A stretch of DNA of 64,000 nt, from positions 434,001-498,000 of the forward strand of contig JAQGDQ010000020.1 in NCBI GenBank assembly GCA_030141605.1, read 5' to 3'. A model generated the notes under the pieces. It did no database searches and was not told the DNA's origin. It worked only from the letters and a program-made list of their open reading frames with translations. Each line of letters begins with the position of its first letter. Position 1 is the stretch's first letter. The position numbers and the translations under genes are program-made. This document shows positions 1 to 12,700 of this stretch, piece after piece. This DNA comes from Tubiluchus corallicola. Lineage: Eukaryota; Animalia; Priapulida.

Positions 1-682
1 TTATCATATGCGCTAATAAGTTAACGTAGTGGTTTTGTTTTGTCACCCGCTGCAGTTATTCTCGTTATTTCTGGAAGTTAAACATTTAATCATTTGTCCA
101 GCGGTTTGCTTTTGAATTTCGCGCTGCTTTTCACAAGGGAAACAAGGTCATCACCAGCTGCAGCTCAAGCACTAGGTGACTAGGTATTTTGCGTGAATTT
201 TCCATGTTTATATCAGTATGAGAATTTCATAACCTGCATGAAGAAACGAAGCAACCAAACGTGCAAAAATTCTTGTAACTTTTAGTGGTAATAATCAGAT
301 TCATGCGATTTTAAATTTTTTTTATTAATTCACTTATATAAATTAGTATTCTAAAATAAATGCACATGGGAATTTTGATTAGTTTCTAAGATTCATTTAA
401 AGCCTTTGGAATGCATACTAAGGTGATGAGTGATGATGACTCATATTTCTATAACAGTAATAGGCTACACACTTCCGCAAATTGAATCAGTTGGTTACTT
501 GGGTTGAAACACTTCCATCTCAAAGTGAGTCTATCAAGATGCGCCTACTGTACAATAAGCCACACTATTAGCTGCTATTCTTCTCAATGCAAAGAGCACA
601 TGTAGCAACACAAGGATAAAAAATTAGTGAGGCAAACCGAATGAGGCAAAAGTTTCAGGAAAATTTCACTAGTAAAACAAAC

Positions 683-778
683 CTGTTTGGAAGTATGGAC
701 AATCGATTGTGTCGTGCCAATAATTTTTCTAGCCTCCACAAGTCACAAATCCACTCTGGTAATTTGTTTAGTTCATTG
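683..778 (-). CDS. PHLPP: PHLPP exon 10 (LRR)
   Basis: tttag|C AAT...AAC AG|gtttgt; NELNKLPEWICDLWRLEKLLARHNRLSILP. Confidence 0.88.
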
Positions 779-3700
779 CTAAATGGGAAAAAAATCAAAA
801 CATCAAAGTTCAAAGGTATTGTGCAACTGGCTTTCATTATTAAATTCATTAAATTATAACATTAAAAATGAGTTGGAAAGCTGCCTAATTTTACAAAATA
901 AAAGCCTCAACATGGAAACAGTGAGCAATGCCTAACATCAGCTACTTTGATAAACTTAAGCAATAAAGAGCACTCTCTCTATATGTAGACTGCAAAACAG
1001 TTATTAAGTTATTAAACGAACATGTTTGTTCCCAGAATTTGAGAAATACGACCGCAAGTGTTAATAAGTTCCATAAGCTTAACGACAAATACAGAGATTG
1101 ATATTCTACTACCTGTACCAAGTGTTTAGAAAAGCTAGCAGCAAATTTGTGTAACACTTACTGACTGAGGTCTAGAATCCGTAAATTTTCAGGCAGTGGG
1201 GTCATGTACACGCTCTGAAGACCTGAAAAAATAAAAAATTACAAGTACAATATTTGTTCACTAATGAATTGTGATAATACAAAAGAGTGGAACATGCGCA
1301 AAAGGAATGTCGTAACACTTTCCTAAAGTTAACAGGAAAAAGTAATAGACAAGTACAACGGCAATCAGAACACATTTCACACAATATGTGAAAAGAATCT
1401 GGAGCACTGTATTTACTTATTAAAGAAAGGTCTTTTAACCACTTTTGGCTGTAACAGACTGCCTGGTCTCCACCTTGAAATCACAATTACAGGCAAACAT
1501 TCCTTTAACACTATGTGAAAGAAAAGCTGGATTGTATGGCAAGAGAAATAATTGAGTGGCTATAATATGGAAATAGCGACCAAGGTTTTGCAGGGCTGCA
1601 CCTGATTGGTGAATGGATGAGTGATCACCAAGAAAAATTGTTTCCGGATGGTTTTATCTACCAACCATTTTTCTTGCTGAGGAGAATGCATAATGCATCT
1701 CATACATCCCTGCCAATTCAATTTGATCTTAAGAGGATTATAATTGCCAATGAACAGTTTTTTGGTTCACAACATCATTTAAATTGCCATTGTACGGTGG
1801 ATACTCACTTGTATCACGTTACCTTACATAAAAAATGCACATTTTGCCTTGATAAAACAAATAAAGTTAAAATACCTTTGCATGAGGAAAGAATTAAATC
1901 CTACACTATTAGAAAAGAAAGGCCTTGAAAAACATTAGACAAACAAGTAAATTATACTATAAAACACAATGGCAGTACGAAATTGCTACTTAAAGTACCA
2001 CAACTGATTTTGAGTCGTGGGATGTTATGCCATCAACTTACTGTTATGGGCAGTCCGCATATGTTTCAGACTTTGTCCGGAGACTTGCAACATCACCAGT
2101 TTATTGTGTTCACAGTTTAGATATTCTAGAGCAGTCAGATTACGCACATCTAAATTCGTAATCCTGTTGTGACTAACATCCAAATGTGTTAAATGCTCTA
2201 ACAGCTCAAATGTCATGGTTTCCACTGGAGGCAAGGTCAAGCAATTTAACCTAAAGTCCATCTGCAAATAAAAAATTAAGTAATTAGAAACTATTAAATA
2301 CTATTCGTGTTTAAGGATGCCTCAACAACAAAATGACAAGTGGCTAACTAATGACATACGCACCTTTTGGACATGTTTAAGACCAGACACAGTATCACCA
2401 GGTAATCGCTCCACATAGTTGCCCGTCATTACAATGTTATCGAGCTGAAAAGTACATATATAATCCTAATCACAATTCATCTGAGGAAATGTACATCTAT
2501 AGGTAGATCTGATGTTCTGAATATTCGATTACTTCTAAGTCACTAATTAGTTCATCTTTCTCATGCTCAGATCTTATTTTTTATAAAGGTCACACTTTGG
2601 ATACATACTTGGCACACGACAGCGGTTAAGTGATTAGTCACTGAAGTTTCCCACTGTTATTTATTCTCATAAAATGCACTCCCAGTTCCAGTTAACATAA
2701 GACAACAACAACAATAAGAAGAATTGGATATTAGAAGTTCTAAAATATAGAATATCATTCACCCAGCCTGTGGTACTCAAAGCAATGAGTTACACAGCCT
2801 ATACTACACAGAAACGGCACTCTTTAAGACCAGTTTAGCAGAAACTTTATACCTGATCAATAAGTCATCAGATCTTTAGAGCTATTAGTCTTCTGACGTA
2901 CACTAATTACCAAGAAATATATAACCTAAACTAAAGAACATAATCATAATCATTATTATCATTCATTAGGCCTCATTTTTCATTAATGAAACAATGGGTG
3001 CATCAGTAAAAGTAACCTATTAAATTACCGACTTAATATCAGTTGAAGACTGAAAACGTACGACGTACGAAAATGCCATTACATACCTGATTCATTCTAC
3101 TTAGGACTTCAGGAAGAACGCTGAACCTGTTGAATGCCAGTATGAGTTCAGATAGTTGCTTCATGTTGGCAAGTTCACTTGGTAGAGAACTGAGATGATT
3201 ATTGTGAAGATGCAGAGCCCGCAAACTGGAAAAGAAAACCAAAAGGAAGTTATATAATATATTAATAATATATTATATTATATAATTATCTCGTTACAAA
3301 CTCGAACCAGAGAAAAGTGAATAATATGTTAAACGTACGTTTTCAAAAAAACTGCACAAAAGCTGCTTGTGATTAACGGTAGCTTACTTATAGGTATAAA
3401 ACGGTAGCTTACTTGTAGGTATAAAAAAGTTATTGCAAATTTTGAGTGATGTAATATATTTAAATTGCATCATTTGCATAATAGGGTTAATTACGTAACG
3501 ACATCTAGGTTGATGTTTATTATTGTTCCGCCATTCCAAGATGCTAAAGATAAACCTTATCATTCTTCTCAAATACTCTGTACTACAGCTTCACCCATTC
3601 CACATACTTAAAGTGTGAACGAAACCACATATGGATCAAAATAACAAAACCATCAGTGTTATTCGAAACCAAACTTTTTACATAAATTATATGCAAATGC

Positions 3701-6700
3701 ACCTCAAATACCACAGGTATTCCTCAAAGGGTTTTAATGTTAACTTAACATATACTTAATTGTACATATACATAGTTGAAATACTTGTTTGTGGCGTCTT
3801 AGATGCCGTTGCGTGCGTAAGAGCCGCTTAATTAATATAGTACATGTACAAATAGTCTAATCTATAGGTGACGTTTTTTTCATCTGTTTGTCCCAGCGAT
3901 GTAAATACGGGCCCTTCAGTGGCAAACTCATAAGTTAATACACGTGTGTCAACACAAAAGGTAATGAGGAAGGGCAATGGGGCTTGTTGACTGTCACAAA
4001 TTAATCTCATAATGTATGGTGATGCAACTGACTTATAAGATTTTGGGTTACCATTCAAAATTATCAACACGATTATTTTGGAAAGAAACAATCATATATC
4101 GAGTTACAGCAAAAAGCTAATTAAGTTAAACTATCTTATTACGAAGTCGGTTCGTAATTGTTCATGTTTTACTGTAAAAAGCCCATAACAAGCGGCACTT
4201 AAAAAACAAACAGAAGCATTAAACTTTATCGGAAAAAATGCCAGTTAGTTATAAATTATGGTTTCACACACGTGAATGGTTTTCTGTGTCCAGGAAGAGG
4301 AAAGCAAGGATCACTGCTCTAACAGAACATGGAAATAAATAATTATAAACAGCTTATTTTAGCTAACACTGTAAACCGAGTCAAATGAGCTGCCAAACAC
4401 GATTAATTTTTACAAGGTAAAATAAGCGCGCATCTAGAAATGTGAACGCTCTCTGTAATTGCCAATTAAGGGAAAAGTCAACTGTGCGTGCGCATAGAAA
4501 GTTTACCCGTGCGAGTAAAGAAAGCAAATTATCAAATCCACAAATACCGACTAATCCTTATCCTTCGCTACCTTGGGTTACTTAATAAGCGTTAAGAAAT
4601 CACGCGACACAGGTATACTATGCAGAGTAACGGTGGCACAAGGGAAACAACCTTCTCTTGGGTAACCCTCTGCGGGGCCGTCTCTGAAGGTCATTAACAC
4701 TTATAAGCAAACCTAGATCCAGAAACAGGAACAGGGACTTTCAATTTATGCCTGGAACACGGGTGTATAACAGAAAGCTAACTGAAATTGAAAATTAAAA
4801 TTGAAATTAGCGCACGAATATCATAATTTGTATAACGATGCCACGACTATTTTAGCGAAATGAAACGAGTTAAAAGTAAACTCCGAAACGCGAAGCGTTG
4901 GTCTTCTCGCTTATCGAGTTTTTCTGCTTAATTGCCCATATTTCAATTTTACAGTCATTTGCAAATTTTGTTTTCGAGAAGGAACAGCTACGTTCTTAAA
5001 TGAAATTTCCGGCACGAAAATTGTTTCCATGTCACAAAAATTTCAATATTTTGTGTAGCTTGTTTTACTTTTGACAACCCATTGTGTATAAGCGTTCGGT
5101 ATGCTGCTGTCAAGTTACAACTTTCTGTGGAGAATTCTTTTACCCAAAGAATAATAATTATATCCTTAGGGGTTTCTCTTAAAGAAAACCGGGCGATTGT
5201 GTAGACATTAGGTCAAAATAAAGTATGCACTAAAATATTGAAAACTACAAGCCTTTTTAAATCAAACCTTAGATTAAATAATAATTAGCTCGGATTGTTA
5301 GATTTTGTTAAACTTTCAAAGCTACGCGCGGCACAGCGAATCCACTCAGACTGACAATAATGCATTTTGGCACATTCGAGTGGCTGACAAATAGGTGCGG
5401 TACCGTGATAAGCATGATCGTGAACTGCAGTGTTTGTCTTTGACATCACTATGACGTAGGGTTCATTTTCGGGACATCGCATCAGTGTCTTATAGTAATC
5501 TTCGCTTACGCAAACGTGCTTGACGGAGCAGGGAAGATGTCTACCATTGCACAAACAGTGGTTAGTTTGTGACGTAAGCGATAGCTGTGTTCAGTTGACG
5601 TTAGTTAAGTTTCCAAGGTAATTATTAAAATATTATAAGCAACTGCTAACTTTTATAGGCAAGAAAATATATAATTTGGACAGTAAATTATAATGAGATT
5701 GAGTCTATTGTCCGGTTTTATGTATTTGATGGTTGTTTTTCTGCAATTTTATCAACAATTACACTTACAATTATCCAAAGTTTCACTGGGGTTAAGGTCC
5801 GGATTGTTTCCAGGCCAATCGAATACTGGGATTTTGGTTCTGGTTAAAAAATTCTCCGCTGCATTTGACCGATGACATCGGCACCATCATACAGGAAAAT
5901 TATACATACATGAAAGCGCATTTGGTTGCCAATTTCTCTTGTAGAACTTGTACACATATCTAGGGCCCGCCATAGTTGTTCTTAGAGGGAACAAATATAG
6001 TCTAGCAGTTTCTGTCTTTTTACATGGCACCTTATATCATTTGGCCTTGTGGCTACCTCACGTGTCTGAATATATGTATCTCTCAACAAATATCTTGCCA
6101 GAATAAATATGTTGCTTGGGCGCATTTCAAATTGTTGCAGAGTTGATCAATCAGAAAAACATAACTTTTCCCCAACTTTTGGCTGTCCTGAGATTAGTTA
6201 ATAAATTAATTTCATCACAACTTTAGTGAACCGTTTGTCCGCGGGGCCATTAATAAATCTCTTACAAACGTCTTGTTAGAGGTGATAGTCGTCCTGTATA
6301 GTAAACGGTTCGATCAGAAAGTAAAAAACTATTTTGAGACAGATATTAATGATTTTGCTTTTAGGTTTCTCTGTCCACCTTTGTTGAACACATCGATTAG
6401 TGTGAAGGAATTTGTTTGGCTTTCGCAACGAGAGGTCACTAAAACATCCATGTCACTGTATTGAACTGGAACCATCAATTTGATATATTAGGCGTTACTT
6501 TTTTAAGGGGCCTAAAGATGTGGTTGAGGTTAATAAAAACAGCTAATTAGCAGGCAAAATACCCTGACAGGAGGCTGTCTATCTATTCAATGAAAGTATA
6601 CTACAAGAATAATTGTTTTTGAAATCATGACAAAAAGTTAAAGAACTAAACATATAGGATACGTCGAAAGTGCTGAACTTCTAAGGCTGAGCTGTATCTA

Positions 6701-9700
6701 AAATGTATATTACCTGAGATGGCAAAAACAGGTATGGTAAACTCAGGTAGCGAGCTCAAATCTTTCCCTCATTTACTCTTTCCTCTCAAAAATTATAACA
6801 ACTTTTATCCTTACTGCTGTGACTTGGCTATAAAAGAGAACGCACTGAAAATTGTCAACATAAAAATAAAAAGGACAAACAGGAAAAACAGGACGTACAA
6901 ACAAGAAGAGTATCTAAAAATACTGAAAGGATCTAAAATCCCGATTACGCAAAAAAGTCACAGTTTTTGATAATACCTCGGTTATTGAATTTGATAAGCT
7001 GACCTAAAGTCCTTAACCACAGCAACCTTATAACGTCACAATACCCTTGTTCTCAATAAAAAGGCATAGACTTATTTTTTTAAAAACGTCACTTGGCTTT
7101 CCCAGTGGTATTGTTTTATATTAACTGTAGCTCAAAAACCCTCCTTTTTCCCATTAGATATTTTGCGCAGGCGCAATCTATTAATCTAGACATATACAGC
7201 ACAGACCACCAATTTTTGCGGACTGGCATGATGGAGGACTGAAAGCATCTGCAGGTAATGAACTTTACAAAATTGATTGACCAGACAATAGGCACACATA
7301 ATACAGGTAGTTTGGTAGGCTACTAAAGCTATATCAGCAAAACCCACTGAGGATTACTGATGAAATGGGGGCCACTAACACAATGACGAACAATAGCATA
7401 TCCTAATCCACATACAATACGTGGAACCAGTAATTATTACAATAACTAGTGTAAACAACTCACTAGAGATGGGAAAAGTTATTACCCATGTTTGCAGTTT
7501 GTGACACTGATATCGTTTTTGTACTATATTTGTGACCTCTCTTACTTCGTTCCTATAATCAAATTAAGAGAAAATGTACGCTTAACTCTATTCATCAAGC
7601 TAAAGCGCCTTACTTTATCATGATTGTGTAATCTCAAAGAATTAATTTAAATAGTAAAAAATGGGACAATTCTGAGACATATGTACTACGCTATAAAATG
7701 TCCGGAATTTGACAATAACCACACTAACGCTACAGACGATTACCTATAAACAGGTTATTTCCTTAGATTTTCCCAAAGACGCAGAAGCTTGAAAACAACG
7801 TGTCAAAACAACGTGGCAAGAAAAAACTGTATGTCGCTACTGCTAAAATTTACAGCAGTGCCTACGTGTCCATTATTTTCAATACAAACTAGACGAAGGC
7901 GTTTCTTCTAACAGCTGATGTAGTTTCTCACTTCCTTAAGGAGGTAGAGGCCAGCACTCAAAACAATTTTTGCATTTTTCCTGCGCATCAACGGCTCTGT
8001 GCGACTGTTCTTGACTTTCTCTTCAAGGGGATTCCAGGTACCGTAGTCTAGGCGATCAAGTCCTACTTTTATTGATAACAAAATTTTAATATCGGTCTTT
8101 TGTAGTGAAGACATGTGTGTAACCTATTGGATATAACCTAATTGACTAACTAGACTTGATTTCTTTATAAATTTGCTGACACGTATGAAGTAATTTATGC
8201 ACCAACGTGGTTTTTTCAGTTGGTGATGATTATCTGTTCCAGCATGTAAACTTTTAATATGCAAAAGCTTTTCGGCTACTACTTAAAAATTACAAAAATT
8301 ATAAACTTGTAACTTTCACAGTCAAAAATAAATGTATTGTAACAGTATGCTGTGAAATTTCTACTTTGAAGGTACTTGCTTCTAATAGTATTGCAGTCTA
8401 GTTCAGCATATTTTTCTGTATCACCTCATATTAATAAAAAGAGAGCTCATACGTAGTAGAAAGACATGTTAGATAAATTAGGGTTTTGGTTATTTCTTTG
8501 ATATTAAAATTGAAGTTTTTGCAATTTAAGTCTTGTACGAAAGCATGGTAGGTTTAACTTGTGCAGCGACACCACTAAAATTTTTTACGCTTTCCTACAT
8601 TTTTCGACTATAATCATCAGTTTGTGGCCTAAGTTAACTCATTACGTTGTGCAAACTAAGGAGAAAATTATTATTCAAGCTTGTCTTCTAGAAAAGTACT
8701 TAGAACTATCCACTGAGTTCTCAACCCATCACCTTCAAGGGCAACTGCGGAATAATACGTAATTTTCTGAACATGACTGCAAACAGGAAAATGTGTTGTT
8801 ATCTTGGCAATGAAAAAGGCCGTGTCTCAGTAAAAATTATAAAAATTAACAGCTAAAAACTACTTGGTGATCAATTAAAAGAACACAGAACGAATTAAAC
8901 AGCAACACTGGATTAACATAATTTGCCTGAAACTATAGCTTTGTATATATTAAGAAACACAAAAAACCGCCTGCAAATAAAAAGATATTATGAGTTATAA
9001 AAGCCCAAGTGACTATAAAAGCATTAATTTACGTCTATAATAGTCCACGAGCAATATTGGGCGTTATTATTAATTTATTATATAGAACAGAAACTAGAAC
9101 GTACAGAAAGAGAAAAACTCGACCTCTGCGTCCTTCAGAACAACCCCTTGCAAACACCGAAAGTCTTCGGCAAAATTAAAAAACACTCGCAATTATTCTG
9201 CAATTCATCAAGCACCCTTTGACAAGCAAAATACTCGAGAAAATTTGTTGGCTTAATTATTTCTCAAAAGCTGTCCACAGCTTTCTTTAATTAAGAGATT
9301 CAAGGTCTATGGTAAGTCGGTTTTGATGCCCAATCATCAATAGTTTCGGCACTGTGCAGCATAACAGCATATTGTAAGGGAATTTAATTCAATAAGTACG
9401 TATTTAACTTAACACAAAACAAGCTGAACTAAATTCACGAAGACCTGATTTAGTACAAAATACGCAGCTTAACGTTTGGAATTTAATTTGTTAAAAATGC
9501 GCGTTTAATCAACTCTCATCTGAAAATTAAAACACGAGAAAGGTTCACTGCCACAGCAAAACCCAGTTTGTGTTAAAACAAAATGAGTAGAAATGCGTCT
9601 TGATGAAGCTGTGTGCGTAACTACTGTAGCTCGCATATTTTCCATTTATTTTCTGTTTATTTTTTGTTAGATTTTCTACTGTGCATTATTCGTTTTTACC

Positions 9701-12700
9701 CCAATTGGGCCTGTTTAACACGACCGATTTTGAACAGAATCTTCCATACTTAGCGCTATGTTTTGTTTTCGGTGAGCATTTGGGAAAAATCGCCGGTCAG
9801 CATTAATCAGTCACGTTTTCTTGGTGTTGTATTTACTACAAAGCTTATTACGCCTAGCCTACACCTAAGCAGAAACTAGACATTTTATTCTATAGTGGCT
9901 ACGTTAACCTCAGCTAAACTTTGCAAGCTGCACTGTTTTTGGTTTTTTTCTGTGTGTGTTCCATATGACGTTGCCAACTAATTACGAATATAAGCTCGTA
10001 GTTTCGCTGCTGCTGTGCATGTGGCACTTAAATTTTACCTTCCAACACAACTGATAGACTAATCAACATGAATCGTAATGTTGATTAGGTGTGATTGAGC
10101 CATATTTCTAACACATGAACCATGTCTTGAATTTCTGTGTGGGCGATTGACTACTTGAACCCAATTCTACATGTTTCATTAAATCGCCACGCAAGCATAA
10201 CTGGCTTATCCTACGGTTCAAACCTACTGACAACGGCAATGACAATAATAAATTCACCTGAGTAATTTTGACACTGCAAAAACTGATGAAAAAAATATCA
10301 GTGGAGGAAATAAACATCTACGTAAACACACAACAAAGAATGGAGAAAAAAACTGCCTGAAAATACAGTGGTAGTACTACTGATGGTTAATAGTAGCATG
10401 TCAAGTATTGTGTTAACAGTGCTAAAATAGCTTTTTGAAATCGCACAGAGTGAATCAGAGCGAGTTACTGGTGGTATAATCAAGTTCCGCAGTTTTCTGA
10501 GGAAGTGGGCGATTAGATGGGGGTGGGGTGGGTCGGCGAACGTGGATGGAGTTGTTTCAAAATTGAGTGATTGATTGCGTGTAGTATACAGTATTTAACA
10601 AATAATCTTTAAACAACTAACTTTGGCTACATCATATCACCTTGAGCTGAGATAGTACTACTTGCTCAATAAACATGTACTGCATTACTTGACAACTAAA
10701 ATTTTTGAATTTAATGAGAACAGCTTTTTATAGTGCGAGCGTTTCCGTTATATTGACTTTATTTTTAAATATAACTATTTTCTTAAAATATACATTCCCT
10801 CTGAGGAAATAGAAGACTACAAAGTTAAAGACAATAAGGCAGATGAAAATAGCCCACAACAGAATGTTTGGCAAAATTGCGGAAGGGATCTTCCTGAGTG
10901 TCGCCAGTCTTTTTAGTTACCTGTCTCAGTATTGCCTTACTTCGGTTGGCAATAACATTTCTCTCGCCCGATTGAAGGTTTTACGGTTTAAACATCTCGT
11001 TATATTAATTTACTTTGAAAATAATATTTTATCATCTTCAATACGTACTCAAAAAAAATCAAAGTCAAACGAATGGATAACGTAAGAGTGATAGACTGAA
11101 ATTTAACATTAGGAAGTCACTCAATTACTCATCTTTGTACATTAATATTATGCATGTACAATACCTTCAAATATACTACACTACACGCTAAGCTAACAAA
11201 AATAACATGCATCAAAAGTTATTATCATTTTAATTGCCGTTTATATATGCCGTTTTACTCTCTATACAATTTTTACAATTATATAGACTTTTAGGTCATC
11301 ATTTATGACCGTCGTACTGATACGTGTGCCAATCAGATACCAGTCCTTATATTACAATCTGATTGGCATGCAGTCTCCGTTATACACTATCATCTGAATG
11401 TACTTATTAATATGCAGTTGCCATTGGGTCATACTGTTTGTCTGGACTAAATGATTATGCGCCATCTTTTCTAACAGGCGATTATTATATAAGGTGTCTC
11501 ATAACTCACCTTGCACTTTTGATTCTAATTTGCTTTTTAAATTTATCTCCGACATCAGCAAACTCGTACATGAATCATAAGGGGCATTTGGCAATTGTTT
11601 TTATTCATTTTGACTGGAACCCCGGCGCTACAGCGACGACAGGTATGAGGTTTTTCGATCACCAACTGAAGTTACCGGAAATTTAGAACACCATAATTAT
11701 GGACGACAATATTGATAATTTTTTAACAAGGTGCAGTAATTCCTTGCCACTCACAGGCTGTGAGCGACTTTTTGATGCAGAATGTCCGACTTGCCATTGG
11801 ACTGGTCTCTAAAGCTATAGAGTTCCTTGAACAAGGCAGCGAAAATATCAAAGCTTACTCATTGTACTCGATTTTAATTCACTTGTACAAATTTTCAAAT
11901 ATTTTGCTTTGCTAAAAATATAGAAAATGAAAATTGTATAGTGATGTGTGGGACATCCTGCACATAACTACGTCTGTGAATTCGATGTGCACAGCAAAGT
12001 TATCCATAAACTAAAGTATTTGTACTTTGTTTCTTCACAGAACCCAGAGTTTGTTACTTAAAATTCTTCAAAACTGAAAAATTAAGTTTGATAAAATTTA
12101 GCGTTAGGATGTTGGATCGAAACTAACTTTTGTGAGCATCTTGGCAGCCATTGTTGCACGTCATAAACAAATCACGTGATCCTGATCTCAGAATTACATA
12201 TACAACGGTTTAGTAAGTTTAGTAAGGTACATGTTCAGCATATGTAATTGCGACCTCACAGATAGTCAGATTATTTTAGATAGCATAATTATGTTCTATT
12301 GCCAGATCATTTAAACAAATAATGCTAATTAAGTTGCAGTGCCGCGCTAACTAACTATTCATGTGGAGAATTAATCAGCAAATAAGAATAAATTCACCGT
12401 TAAAATCGGCTCCTCTCAACAACACCCTTAAACTAAAGGGTGAAAGGTCACTGAAAGAAAGTATTTAACATTGCAAATGAGCCCTTAACAAACTGATCGC
12501 TCTTGATCATTTACAACACTTCACTACTGAAGATTTGGTAGAATGTTTGAAACAATGGTTACTGTGTCATTAGGGTTTAATAATGGAAATTAACACAGCT
12601 AATGGTTTATTAGCATAACCTGAACTCTACAGGTTGTCTTAGCACATCAAAATGCATGTAACAGACAGTAAACAAGACTGGAAACAAACATAGCAGTGTC

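Noticed and set aside
121-234. Candidate next PHLPP exon near the left edge
   Set aside because: The available acceptor gives an immediate in-frame TGA and no LRR pattern, so the next exon is outside the window.
7341-7409. C/D snoRNA (TGATGA between GGATTA and TAATCC stems)
   Set aside because: No terminal CTGA D box.
7908-8114. ATG-started 68-aa minus ORF with a phase-0 donor
   Set aside because: Phase is incompatible with PHLPP exon 6, no partner exon was found and no motif is recognisable.
11570-11914. Plus-strand two-exon ORF (MNHKGHLAIV..LVSKAIEFLEQ), faintly like C16orf89
   Set aside because: No proper signal peptide or NLDG-type motif, weak acceptor, and stronger splice signals on the opposite strand.
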